A DNA stretch of 60,777 nucleotides, filler included, from Hausera hauseri (GCA_046269625.1; 11 parts of 11 records of this genome joined end to end with filler, not necessarily neighbours in it); one strand, 5' to 3'. Positions 10,952 to 23,740 are shown, counted from the first letter of the whole stretch. The notes: generated by a model from the letters alone, not told the origin. Made by a program: numbers and translations.

Positions 10952-13381
10952 TTAATGGGAAAAAATGGTAACGAGGCGTGTTAATTGTAGAAAAAGGTCA
11001 GCAGGTAAACCGATTGCGAAAAATGGCAGGAATACTTGTATGGCAGGATTAAGTGTAAAAATACCCAAGCTCATAATAAATATTTCAGAAATCAAATTTT
11101 GTGTTATTATCCAACCTTCTTTTTTCAGACCTTGTGCTTTTCTATGTTTCACGCGTAAATCGAATACTAAATGTTTCGATGAAAGTTGAACATGCGTGGG
11201 CAACATTTCTTTTTCGATATATGAAATTTCGTTTTTAAATTCAACAAGATCATGAATGTTAATATTGTATATTGCTTTCAAATCCGAAATAGTAGTGGTT
11301 AAAAACCTTTTGTCACAAGTTTTCTCTGATCGTTCATGCCGCGGATGGGGTAATCCCAAATGACCTTGTTCTGGTCTAAACATACGTAAATGGGGTTTAA
11401 TTTTTTTAAGATTGTCTTTGGGCGTTTCTGTCCCAGATGGGGTTGTGGTTGTCATATGCATTACCATAATTATTGTTTTGTACGTTTTTGAATTTTTATC
11501 TCGAATAAACGGATCTTGTAAAAACAATCGGACATACACCACGTCAATATTATGAAATATTTGCTGCATCGAGTGCCGGTCCTTCGATCCGATGATTTTT
11601 TTAACTCCGGCAAGAACGTGGTTAGTCATCGATTCATGAAACATTTTGACAAGAGGTTTTATAGCAATGCACATGAACAAAATAGTAAACCACGCAATGA
11701 ATACGGTGGTGTCTTGTAGGACGTTTTCGTTTATTTTCGTGTTAGAAGGAATTAATAGTGAAAAACTATATGCAATTTTGCCACGCAGGTAGCTATACCA
11801 TCTGATAAATTGTTCGTTCCACTTAATATACCTTACATTCAAATTAAAATAATTAATAAGAAATGGGATACATAACGTAAAAACGAATCTAACGTAGAGG
11901 TCCGTAGAATCGAAGAAAGCAGAATCATTTGTACTGATTGTTGCGCGATTCAGTGCTTGCATTCTAGGTGCCATTGCCACGTTTTCCTCCGTTTCTGTAT
12001 TTCGCATACGCGAGTAGTGCTTTATCGTTTCTGAGCCACCAGTCACAATGGTTCGTTTAATTGTACGAAATGGATTTCCATCAATGGCAATACTTTTCAA
12101 GCTATACATATAACGGAAAACCATTGGCAATGATGTAAGATCATTGCTACTAAGGTTGATATTGGAAATTTTATTGTGAATTTCGGAAAGCTTATTGTTA
12201 ACCAATGCCAATGTAAAAACAATTGAAATGAGCGATATGTGTTCAGCAGAAAGAACTTTGATTTGATTATGTGTTACCAGTAATTCCATCAAATTAGGAT
12301 GTGATAAAGAAATGGAAAAGATTGTCAGACAATTGAATTGTAAATTAAGATGCTCTACAGGAGCTGCAAATCGTTCAGAAAATTGGCTTATTTTATTATA
12401 AGACAAAACCAATGACTTCAAATCCACAAATGAATCAAGGAAATCGGAAAATTTTATGTTAACCAGACTAGAATTTTCAGCAGTAGACTTCTCGGAAAAT
12501 ATGTTTTCAATTTTCGTTGAAAAATCCAAAATGCAATTAATAAATTCATAATGTTTCTCCGTAAATAAAATCTGATTAAAAACGGTAACTTCTTTCATTA
12601 AACCGTTGATTTCAGAGACAACAAATTTATTTAATTTGTTAATTTGACCAACAGAATCAAATTCAACGTGGGAATCAAGAGGTTTGGGAACCTTTTCGCC
12701 ATTGTCGAGTAAACTATACGGTATTATTATTGAAATATGTTTTTCGGAATCAGTTTTAATGTATTTATAAACACGTTTTGGTTCCAATATAAATACGTAA
12801 CTCGCATAATCTTTTAGTTTCGGTAGATTTTCCACAGTTTTTACTTGTCGGCAAATAATGTTGTCTACTAAGGATGCATGTTTCTGTCTCGCTTTTATAA
12901 GACAAGCAATGACTTTCTCATTTGAGTTTTCTGGCAAGATGAAAAATTTAAACTTGTTCCGGACTTTTGCACTGAGAAGGTCATTTTCAGAATCTTTACC
13001 ACCACCCAATAATTCAGGTTCAAATGGCTTTTTTATAAAATATCTGTCATCATCGTCAGTATTAAATAATTCATTTCCCAACAATTTATGATGCTTGATT
13101 AATTCATTAATTGTTGCATCATTTGTGTCTGATATCCTTTCACCAGTTTTGATACCTCTTTCAGTAAGTGGCGATCGGAGTGTGCCATCAGTTTCCTGTG
13201 ATATTATAATTTTAATTTCACCGGTATTTTCAGAATTAATACGTATATTCCTATGGTGCTCGGCTCTGTTTAATTCCTGTTGATAGTCATATTCTGATTT
13301 GGAAGCGGAAACTGCAATTGTTCTAGTAAATTCTTCTGTTGGATCTCTAACAAAAGTCTGTGTTTCATAGTAGTCCAACAT
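10952..13381 (-). CDS. 809-aa chimeric ORF: unknown N-terminus + LRRC40-like LRRs + SLC9 Na+/H+ exchanger fragment + SCAP sterol-sensing-domain fragment
   Basis: LRR ~12420-12000 (IAIDGNPFRTIKRTIVTGGSETIKHY, cf. LRRC40 LEGNPLRTIRREII..GTQEVLKYL). NHE ~11900-11515 (EQFIRWYSYLRGKIAYSF, FTILFMCIAIKPLV, HVLAGVKKIIG). SCAP ~11170-10955 (DLRVKHRKAQGL..EGW..GIFTLNPAIQVF..ADLFLQ). Confidence 0.75.
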   Translation of the reverse strand: MLDYYETQTFVRDPTEEFTRTIAVSASKSEYDYQQELNRAEHHRNIRINSENTGEIKIIISQETDGTLRSPLTERGIKTGERISDTNDATINELIKHHKLLGNELFNTDDDDRYFIKKPFEPELLGGGKDSENDLLSAKVRNKFKFFILPENSNEKVIACLIKARQKHASLVDNIICRQVKTVENLPKLKDYASYVFILEPKRVYKYIKTDSEKHISIIIPYSLLDNGEKVPKPLDSHVEFDSVGQINKLNKFVVSEINGLMKEVTVFNQILFTEKHYEFINCILDFSTKIENIFSEKSTAENSSLVNIKFSDFLDSFVDLKSLVLSYNKISQFSERFAAPVEHLNLQFNCLTIFSISLSHPNLMELLVTHNQIKVLSAEHISLISIVFTLALVNNKLSEIHNKISNINLSSNDLTSLPMVFRYMYSLKSIAIDGNPFRTIKRTIVTGGSETIKHYSRMRNTETEENVAMAPRMQALNRATISTNDSAFFDSTDLYVRFVFTLCIPFLINYFNLNVRYIKWNEQFIRWYSYLRGKIAYSFSLLIPSNTKINENVLQDTTVFIAWFTILFMCIAIKPLVKMFHESMTNHVLAGVKKIIGSKDRHSMQQIFHNIDVVYVRLFLQDPFIRDKNSKTYKTIIMVMHMTTTTPSGTETPKDNLKKIKPHLRMFRPEQGHLGLPHPRHERSEKTCDKRFLTTTISDLKAIYNINIHDLVEFKNEISYIEKEMLPTHVQLSSKHLVFDLRVKHRKAQGLKKEGWIITQNLISEIFIMSLGIFTLNPAIQVFLPFFAIGLPADLFLQLTRLVTIFSH

Positions 13382-15184
13382 CTCTAATGACAGTGTTTGT
13401 TCTGCATGAGTTTCTTCAATGTAAGTTGATTCTGTGAAATTATCGGTTTTCTCTCACAAAATTGTCATATTCTTCCTTGTGTTTTGCAAAATATCCCAAT
13501 ATTTCCGAAGACTGATCATCAATCATTTGTAGACTTGATTTTGAAAAGTTTTCCGTCGGTGGAATAAAATGCATATTGGCATTGAAATCGGAATCATTAT
13601 TATCTGACACCATTGTTAATTTAGGAATATATCCACATAACATTGTTAATTCAGAATAAAGGAATAATTCCAAATGCAGTAAATAAAGTTTATTTTCCAA
13701 ATCAAAAAATCCAATCAATTAAAATCTATTATGTACATTGATATTTTTCTATACATTTATTTACATATAAATATACAAATATATAGTCTGAGGATTTTGA
13801 TAGATATTTTTCTTTTAACAGAACATCAATTGTGGTACTGATAATAATAATAATTCGTTATTCTCGATATTTTCGTTAACAACCGGTACGTCTTTTCTTC
13901 TTATATCTTTTGCGTGATGACTCAACTAAATTTCCTTCCCCTGGTGGCAATTCATTGTCACTTTCTTTTAGAAGCTTTAGTATTTTAATAACGTTTCTTT
14001 TCCAACTTGTTTGTCACATTAGAATCGATAATTTCCTTGCACTGGATAGAAATATCAAACAATCAGCAGCAGTGTCTTATAGATTTATAACACGATTTTC
14101 TCTTGGCCACACTGTATTATCGATTGAGGAAATACAACAAAAATATCGGCAGGAGTAATACACTGGGAGGATGAGTCATATCAGAATGTATGTCAGATCC
14201 ATTCAGTTGTAGAAGATTTACTTTTGACAGTCTACAAATATATTTCATTGTCTTGAAAACATCATAATGAAATGGCCATAAACTTTGGAGTCAGTTGATA
14301 AATGAGTTTTTATTTCCACTTGTCTTAGTACCTCCATGTTTGCAGTAAAATATGATGACAATACCATTCAATTATGAACAATCAATTCCGATTTATCGTG
14401 GTAGCACCCGAATCCTCCGCAGCACAATTATGTTTTTGTGTGAAGATATTTTCTGACATGTCAGTAATATTTTATTTTATATAGATATTTTCAAACAACT
14501 ATTGTTCATTTCGTTTACATGATTGTTGTGCTTTAATTTTTCTATGTTGTTTACTTTTGAACGTTCAAAATGGTCATATATTTTACTATTTGGATATCAA
14601 CTGTACTATTATTATTATTTATACTGTCATTTATTTTAGATTTATTTGATTTTGTACAAATTTGGTTGAATCCTGTAAATATGTTTTCTTTTTTGCAGTG
14701 TAAAATTTTAATAGAAAATCTAAATAAATGATGTGTGCAGTAATATATCATCGCTGGCGATTTGTGTACATCTGTCATTTTCGCCCAATGGTACCAAAAA
14801 AACTTTCACAGTTAAGATATTAATCCGTGATGTTTGAGTTTCAGAATTATAATTTGTATATTTTGTATTTGCTTCTTCAATTACAAAGTTTCGCCTTCCT
14901 TTTTTTATTATTTCTCATTTTTAAATAACATTTTGAGTAGCGGAAGGTAGAACGGTTTGAACACGGATCTCACGACGGTTAGATATGTGTCCAATCCCCG
15001 TTTTTCTAATAGCACAACAGCCAGAACTCATCGTATGGCCACTGCTTCGGGAAAGTAGCATTTATTCATCAGCTTTCAAATCCTCCCACCTCTTCAGTTT
15101 TTTGTTTAAAAGATAAGAGTATTCTACGCTGGTGAAAGGTGAATATCCTGTATTGTTTGGCAAGTTAAAACTACACACGAAATG

Positions 15185-15284
15185 NNNNNNNNNNNNNNNN
15201 NNNNNNNNNNNNNNNNNNNNNNNNNNNNTTAATTAATTAANNNNNNNNNNNNNNNNNNNNNNNNNNNNNNNNNNNNNNNNNNNN
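15185..15284. other. Artificial contig spacer
   Basis: N44-TTAATTAATTAA-N44. Confidence 0.98.
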
Positions 15285-15519
15285 AGTATAGACAGAAATT
15301 AATAACTGACTTACCCCATCTAGATCCCGTAGATGAATACCATGGACAGTTGTATAACGAGCAACCTTTAATGAATCCCTCAGCTCCCCGATACGTAGTG
15401 CATACAGGATTATATCCGATGCATCAAGTGCAACAGATGCAACAAAATGTTGACGAAAATGTGATACCCTATAAACGTGAATCTACATATAAAACTGATG
15501 ATAAAAATGAACAACCATC

Positions 15520-18500
15520 ACCTATAAGGCCAGAAATAGAGATAGAGGTGAATGGATACCCAATGACGGCTTTGCTAGGCACTGGGTCTACAATTACAAT
15601 AATGGGAAGGAGCCAATTGCCGAAGGAGTTAAAAAGGAAATTACGAAGACCGACAACTACCTTAGTAAATGTAGGAGCATTCATCACATAAGAAGAAATC
15701 AAGATGGTCTTAGATGATAAAATTAAGATCGGTGAACAGATTGTAAAACATACTATAAGGATAGCCGATAATCTGACTAACGAGATTTTAATTGGATGTG
15801 ATATCCTAAACCAATTGGAAAATGTTTATATAGATGTGAGAATATGTCAACTGAAGACGTTTGGCGAAGACAAAGGAATGGTCTCAATAACAAGAGATAT
15901 TATAATCCCACCGCAATCCGAGATAGTAGTACCCGGAAAAATAGAAAGTCAAGTATTACCAAAGGTTATTTACTTCGAACCTTTCCCACAAGTCATGGAA
16001 AAGTATGAAATTCTAATCGCCCCCCATGTACATAGGGTAAGGAATGGAAAGATCCATTTGCGGATTTGTAATACGGCAAGAAAAGAAAGGCGATTAGGGA
16101 AGAATATGAGATTGGGAGAAGTAACGACCAGCTAGGAAGTAATAAAACAAGAAATATGTTCTACAATTTCAGACGCAGATAAAATAGAAAAATTAATGAT
16201 AGAGAAGTTAAAGAAGGAACCAAACGAAAATAGAGAAAAAGATAAAATTATCAATATCAATTGGCATAAAAAGCTACAAAAATGCGAAATTTTAACTAAG
16301 AAAGAGAAGCGTATGCTAATTGAGCTATTAGAAAAGAATAACAATCGATTTGCACAAAATGATTATGACTTGGGTAAAATGAATATAATACAACATATCA
16401 TTAAGTTGAAGGATGGACAAGACAAACCAATAAAAAAGACCATATCGGCTAGCATATTATAAAAAACAAACAAGAAAAATAATAAAAGAAATAATGGAAA
16501 ACAAGATAATTCGACCAAGTTGTTCCCCATGGACGGATCCAGTAGTGATGGTTAAGAAGAAAGATGGCACTATGAGATTTTGTACAGACTACAAGGCATT
16601 AAACGAAATAACAGAGACGGATACATATCCTTTACCAAGAATTGACAAGATATTAGATAAATTACATGGATCGACAATATTCTCAACGATAGATTTACAA
16701 AAAGGTTATTAGCAAGTGGAGGTGAAAGAAGTGCATAAACCAAAGACAGCCTTCTCAATTAGAGAAGGGTTATGGGAATTTAATAGGATGCCATTTGGAT
16801 TAAAGAATGGACAGCCAACGTTTCAGAGAGGAACAAAACTTCTGCTGCTAGACGCTCTACATGCCATGGTATATATTTATAATGTAATAATAGAATCATC
16901 AAATTTTCAACAATATCTAAGGGATCTGCAAGATCTCTTTGATAGATGCGAAGTAATGGGCCTAAAGATAAACCCAAAGAAATGTTCATTTGCTCAAGCG
17001 GAAGTAGATTGCCTCGGACATAGGGTAGATAGATATGGCGTAAAATCTCAAGACAGGCTTTTATGAAAAATAAGAGACTTTCCAAAGCCAGGTACAGTCA
17101 AAGAATTACGTTAAGTTTTAGGTTTGGCAAACTATTACCAAAAATTTATAAAGGATTTCAGAAAAATTGCGAAACCTTTGTACGAACTATTACGTGAAGA
17201 CCTAGACAAAGTTATTTGGACAAACGAATGCCAAAAAGCTTTCGAATATTTAAAGGATAGACTGTTAACTGCTCCTATTTTAATCTATCCTGATATGACC
17301 AAACCATTCATTTTCGCAACAGACGCAAGCGATTATGGAGTAGGAGCAGTGTTATCACAAAAGGGTGAAGACGGCAAAGAACATCCAGTAGCGTATGTTT
17401 CACGGAAACGTAATAAACACAAGAGGAAATATGCAGTAATTGAAAAAGAATTGTTGGCAGTAATATTCGCCTTGGAGGTATTAACACCCTATATTAGTGA
17501 AAATAAACCTCGTGTAATCTATACAGACCATAGACCGCTTCAATGGTTAAAACAGCATGATAATCCTAATAGCAGACTATTACGATGGGCTCTGAAGTTA
17601 CAACCCTATACATTGAATTTCCAGTATAAACCAGGAACACGAAACGCAAATGCCGATTACCTATCCAGAATACCCAGTAAGTCAGAAACAGAAAAAGCAA
17701 TAGTCGCAGCCGTATAGAGCATGGATGGATCTGTAGAGAAAATTAAGGCAAACCAAAATGAAGACGTTGAAATAAGTGCCATTAGAAAATACATAAAAGA
17801 CAAATCCATACCAGCTAATAAAGAACTAACTCGCCATTTGGCCCGATTCAGTGAAGCTTATGAAGAGAAAGAAGGATTTTTATACTTCGTTCATCAAAAC
17901 GGACCCACTTTAGTAATTGATAAGAAAAATAGAACAGTTGTGTTAACTCAATACCACGATGGACTACCTGGCGGACACCAATCAGCAAATAAAACTCTTA
18001 GTAAAATGAAACGGAAATACTTTTGGCCGACTATAACGAAAGATGTACAAGACTGGTGCGGTAGTTGTAAATAATGTGCTACCCGAAAGAACACGGGAAC
18101 AAAATACAAAGCACCCATCAAAGTATGGGACAATACCCCAGCACCATTTGGGTTTACCTCAATAGATATAACAGGACCACTACCGTTAACCCGAAATGGA
18201 AACCGATATATCTTAGTCTTTATTGACTATTTCACTAGATGGGTTGTTGCCCTATCTATGGCTGATATGAAGGCAGATACAATTGCTGAGAAATTAGTGG
18301 AAAATATAGTATTCAATTATGGAGCCCCAAAAATCCTCTTAACTGATCAAGCGTCTAATTTAACTGGAACCGTAATGCAGTCCATATAAGACATTCTGAA
18401 GATATTAAAGTTACGATCCACACCAGGACACCCGGAAAATAATGGAATGGTTGAAATATATATTGGAGATTTAAAAGGGAAAGTACAAACGGTGGTAAAC

Positions 18501-18986
18501 ACTAGGAAAGACGATTGGGACGAATATATCAATGCATGTGTTTTCGTAAATCGGACATCGGTTCATGAAGCCACCAAAGAGATACCCTTCTATTTAATGT
18601 ATTTACGGGACGCAAGATCGATCTAGATTTTAATGTGAAAACCATTTCACACTTAATGAAAGTAGGAACGCCTACAGTTAGCATATAAAATGATTGGTGA
18701 AAATCAGAAAGATTATAAACTAAGATATAAAAAGTATTATGATCAAAAGACCAAGCAGCCAAAAATTAAGATAGGCGACCAAGTAATGTTATATTCACCG
18801 GCAATTAAAAAGGGTAAAAGGTCTAAGTTAGATAGACCCTATAAAGGACCGTATGAAGTAGAAAAAAGAAACTTACCGAATATTTGTTTGAGGAAAAATA
18901 ATACTTCTGTGAAAGTCCACATTAATAGATGCAAGCCCGCTGCCAAGGAGAGCGAACTAAGAAAAGGTGACAAAGAGTTGGTATGA
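15520..18986 (+). pseudogene. pol: Gypsy pol: aspartic protease, RT, RNase H, integrase
   Basis: VNGYPMTALLGTGS (DTG mutated), ILIGCDIL; SPW..PVVMVKKKDGTMRFCTDY, RMPFGLKN; TDASDYGVGAVLSQ, EKELLA, TDHRPL; HDGLPGGH..WCGSC, IDITGPLP, GPY module. Confidence 0.92.
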
Positions 18987-20350
18987 AGCATTAGTGATAA
19001 AGTAATCGAAATAAATTCAACAAGTAAACTCCAGATAAAGAATGTCCTATTACTAATCATCATCTTGTTATCTCCCATAGTGATAGGACAGATGACGAAT
19101 TCAGAAATCGAACGAGCAAAAATAAGACATGCCATAGCTATGCAAAAAGATCTGTTAATGAAAGCTCTACGGTATAAAATAACATATTCAAAGAAAGGTC
19201 AGAAAATAATAATTTGAAATATGTTAAACCAAATGCCATCGAGATATACAATGGGAATACAAATGATACCTTGGCATGATAACAAAAGAGATCCTAATGA
19301 GCGGCAATATGATTGCCTATTCCACGCGGAGACCAATAATACAGAATGTATAATACACGACTCAGGTATTCATTATATATATCTTACACTCATAGTAAAA
19401 CAAGGAGACTACTATAGAAGTAGGAAAACAAAATTTTTTAGATCAACAGTAATCCCTACCAGACAACAGATGAAACCTTATTAGACGAAATAATACTTAA
19501 CCAAATGATAGTAAAACCTGTGGGATTCAAAAGCGGAAGAAGTTGCATTGAGATTATAACAATGATACGATTAGAAGATACTCAAAGAATAACAATAAAG
19601 CTAATAGAAACCGTGATTCCAGAAGTCAGAGTTTGCAGGATTAAAGGTAATCAGCAACAAGTTTGTTGTATGGTTACAAGAGGAAAATATACCATGTCTA
19701 TTATCTTCTGTTTCGTAAAAGGAATGGTAAATTCAGGTATCCAGTAGAACGAAAAGGACCAACAATGTTCATAGGATATAAGAATGAATGAGTACGATGA
19801 TATGCCAGAGAAGATCACGACACCATTTGTGCAGTCCTCGGCTGATAAAAAAGAGATGACTATCCTAATTAAACCCTAAGCTTCATATTATCGTCAAAAA
19901 CGCTCCATATGGGATAACGTGACAATCGTAGCAGAGCCTACCGCATTAATTATCTCCATTAAACCAGATCTTGATTTTGTAAAAGTTAAATTCAACTGCA
20001 AAAAATAAGATACGATAGTGTCAAAGGGAGTCATAACCCCTCACGACTTGGTAGTATCATGCGCAGCCTTGGATCCCGACACAAGATACACGGTCATTCT
20101 ACAATTGCTAGATGACAATGACAAAATAACCTTTACAAAAGTAATGTCCGCGATTACAAAAAGTAACAAAGTAGAATCACTATATGGGATAAATACAGTT
20201 AAAAATAAAACAACAAAAAAGCCATCATGAGCGGTATATAAGTATTCTCGCCTAGAAATAATCATAATAGGTTCAATAGTCCCAATAGTAGTTATGATAA
20301 TAGTAGCGATATTGTTTAAGGTAATACGACGACGACTCAAGAAAAAATGA
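18987..20350 (+). pseudogene. env: Env-like type I membrane protein in frame with pol
   Basis: Signal-like NVLLLIIILLSPIVIG, Cys-containing ectodomain, furin site RQKR (19892-19903), FN3-like VVSCAALDPDTRYTVILQL, TM IIIIGSIVPIVVMIIVAILF followed by KVIRRR. Confidence 0.65.
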
Positions 20351-20356
20351 AGCTGG

Positions 20357-20456
20357 NNNNNNNNNNNNNNNNNNNNNNNNNNNNNNNNNNNNNNNNNNNN
20401 TTAATTAATTAANNNNNNNNNNNNNNNNNNNNNNNNNNNNNNNNNNNNNNNNNNNN
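20357..20456. other. Artificial contig spacer
   Basis: N44-TTAATTAATTAA-N44. Confidence 0.98.
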
Positions 20457-20612
20457 CAGTCGTTATACATTTGATTGTGCTGTCCGAAATTGTCGTATTG
20501 ACATTGGAAAACACGTCGTAGCCTGCACTGTTTTCTGTAACACGTCTCGGTACAGAGGCATTTTCATCTGTTAAAATAATCTTTACACCATTCGTTATCA
20601 TTATTTTATGCA
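20457..20612 (-). CDS. dut: dUTPase N-terminal part (Polinton-associated), truncated by contig end
   Basis: ENASVPRRVTENSAGYDVFS = trimeric dUTPase motif 1 (AGYDL). Confidence 0.8.
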
Positions 20613-20694
20613 TGTTTTTTAAATTACACGTATATTTATACTCTCTGATTGGGTTGATGAAAGAAGAAGAAGAAGAAGAATAAAACAACAAAAT

Positions 20695-20946
20695 TTATTG
20701 AAAATTAAAATGTTCTTCAGCTACATGCCAAATCGAGCTTTTGATACCGGCTTTTCCCTTGTATTCTTGTAATTCAATATTCAGTTGACACTTTAAACCA
20801 CCACCACCATCATCGCCATCGGGTATATGAGATATTTCGCAACCGATAAAATCAAAAAATTTCGTTTTCTGCGCCGGTAAATCGACATACTGCTGTTGTA
20901 CGGTCGATTTGTTTAACTTTAAATTCAAGTTTAATTGATAAAACAA
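20695..20946 (-). pseudogene. 5'-truncated conserved Polinton hypothetical ORF upstream of dUTPase
   Basis: LPAQKTK..LKCQLNIELQEYKGKAGIKSSIWHV is homologous to 40800-41149. Confidence 0.6.
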
Positions 20947-21231
20947 TGCCTATACGTAGACTTTTATGAGATGCACAAGTATCATCTCGGACCGTTTACA
21001 ACATGGTCGAAGAAGATGATGCTAGTGCATTACCCCATGTACTCACGGTACCGTACAAGTACAGTGCACGACGTTGATGGTTGCCATAATGCAATGGAAC
21101 AATACTATGGTGCCACAACGGTGCACAGTAAACGGGCCTATATTTGTTCCGGTTGTTCTATAGTTGTTGATGATAAAATCAATTATGAACAATTTTACAA
21201 TGAGCACGAGTACCACTTGAACCAGTTTTAG
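20945..21231 (+). pseudogene. Small Cys/His-rich Polinton ORF (5'-truncated)
   Basis: Homologous to 3990-4308. Confidence 0.6.
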
Positions 21232-21413
21232 AAGTCCAAAAAGAAAATATTAATGGAGGCAGAAAAAAGAAGCAGTATTCCCTCAACAAGCAGGAAACGT
21301 CAAGCATCAACAAGACTTAATGAATACCTACAAAGCAGCAATACAGGGCATCTCAGCGGCAGCAGCAGCAGGAACCGCCCATTACTGTCAAGTCCGACAT
21401 AAATAGATCGCAC

Positions 21414-23740
21414 ATGGACATAAATGCGAACATGTCGGCGACAACAACAACGCAATTGAGACATGCTCCGCATAATGTGCGCAACCAGTTAGAATCCGAA
21501 GTGGAGAAAATCAAACAACATCAACACCACCACCGCAAAGTGCAATATTATTCACTTTCAGAATTTGAAAACGTGCAAGGTGACAGGAAACAGTGGTACC
21601 TGTCACATTGAACCGAACCGTATTCTGACAATTTTATTGCCGATGTAGGCGAAAAGCTCGAGGAGGAAATCGCCACCTACGCGGAAAAGGGTAGTGGCTG
21701 GCGAATTACAAAACTAGTCACTCTTGGCTTTATCGTAACAAAGTCGAGTGACATAATTTACCTGTCCGGACGATCATTCATACCGACACCCACAGCTCTG
21801 CAGCATTCACATGCAGTAGTGAATGTAAAAAATACTGACGACGAATACTGTTTTCTTTGCAGTATTCTGGTGGTAATAAAATATGACAAAGTGGACAGAC
21901 ATAGTGTAAATCGTCCAAATCAGTATCGGCAGTATTTTTCCTAATTGGATTTAGATGAATGCTGGATGCCGATGAAACTAAAAACCATTCCGGCTTTTAA
22001 ACGGCGTAATCCAACACAGGCAATAAATGTGTTTCGGTACAATACAATAATAGAAATATCGGCAAACGAAGGGATATATAAAAACCCCCATGTGGACATA
22101 ATTTATCGAAGTCCGAACGCAAGTGGAGACCCAATATATTTGTTACTTTTGGAGCAAGAAGAAAAGTTCCATTACATGGCAGTAACCAATTTTGACCGAC
22201 TATTAAACATGGACTACCATCAGTTTGTCCAAAAGCATATACAATGTAAATGGTGTCTTGTATGTCTGCATGGTTTCAGGTTAAAAACAACATGGGAGAA
22301 ACATGTGACGCTATGCAAGTGAAATTCAACTGGAACAACCATGTACGTTATACCATTCAAAAAAGAGCTCCGATTCAGTGACTAGTCGAAAACGAACAGT
22401 CCGGCATATGTGGTATATTCCGATATTGAGGAAATTCTATCACGGCACAACGTGTAAGATCAAAAACACGTTCCAATCGCCGTTGGTATGTTGGTTGTCC
22501 CAATAAAAGCGGGCGGTCAGCCGCAGTATTACGCCTTTCACGGCTGGAACTTTACGTGATTTCCTGCAGCGTTTGGAAACGATAGTGGAAATGGAAATCA
22601 AGCCTTGATATTGCAATAATTCTACTAGACCATTGATTTGGACAGATGAATATGAAGTGCTGATGTTCGCTGCGACCGATGAATGCTAGCTATGCCACAA
22701 AATATTACCGTTCGACGCACACGAACGTCTTGTACTGGACCATGATCATTTCACCGATCGATATTTGGGAGAAGCATGAAATTTGTAAAATTGGCAAGGC
22801 GTGCGCGGCAATTCCTGCCGGTGTTTTTTTTTTATAATTTTCGATGTTATTATTGTCATCATATACNNNNNNNNNNGTCAACACTCATAAACAGGTTCCA
22901 GGTACGCTTCCTTAATTTGTTGCAATTTCTCAATGAGTCTCTAGCAAAGCTCGTAAATGGCTTGCCGGATGTGCCGATAACATTGACGGAATTCTCCACA
23001 CATATTGCGTGTAGCAAAGGCATATTCCCGTATGACTTTGGAACATCATATGAGAGACTCCGAACAACAGAGGAATTACCACCGCGATGGACACGTATCG
23101 CAGAGAATGAATACCGGAAAGCATAGAGGTGTTGGACAGAACTGGGCTGCAGAAGCATGTTGGAGTACATGCTTCAGTATCTAAAACTGGACGTGTATTT
23201 ATTAACCGATGTGTTCCAAGCATTTCGAACAAAAGCCTTGGCTGGAGGTTGGCTGGAGCCACTCAACATTTATTCCATACCCGGAATGAGTTGGACGTTA
23301 GCTGTAAAGACACTGGATCGAGACATTGAGCTAATGCAAGACCCGGAAATGTATCGGCTGTTTGTCATCAAGTATCAGGTCAGTGCTACCGCCGTTACCA
23401 CATCGCTGCGGTATATTGATATTAATAACCTGTACGGCTGGGCGCTTTCGCAACCCTTGCCGTACGGTTCATTCGAATGGGTTGTCAACAGATAAGATCT
23501 TGACGACATAATGGTCAACGTACCACGAGAAGACATGGCAAGCTCAGTCAGATACCTAATGGAAGTCGATCTCGTGGTACCAGATGAAGTGCACGACGTT
23601 TTGGACGATTTATCGGTCGCACCATTTAACCAATATCCGCCAGGCTTAAAAGTGAAGAAACTGTTTATGACACATGAATCGAAGCTGAATTATGTGGTTC
23701 ATTGGCATCTGATACAGTTCATGCAGCTCAGTGTACGCGT
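21414..23740 (+). pseudogene. Second Polinton pPolB copy, 3'-truncated
   Basis: Colinear with 432-3724: MDINANMS.., KGSGW, INVFRY, CLVCLHGF, YSDIE, KGIFPYDF, YLKLDVYLLTDVF, YIDINNLYGWALSQPLP; ends after YVVHWHLIQ. Confidence 0.9.

Larger units (their letters stand above)
15285..20356 (+). mobile_element. Ty3/Gypsy LTR retrotransposon internal region (end of gag, pol, env-like), decayed
   Basis: Domain order PR - dUTPase-like spacer - RT - RNase H - integrase - membrane protein across the whole contig. Confidence 0.92.

Noticed and set aside
12990-13020. ELLGGGK as another ubiquitin-like C-terminus
   Set aside because: The upstream sequence does not show a convincing beta-grasp pattern
13800-15184. 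AT-rich region with short ORF-like stretches upstream of the mosaic ORF
   Set aside because: No recognisable domain, terminus or repeat
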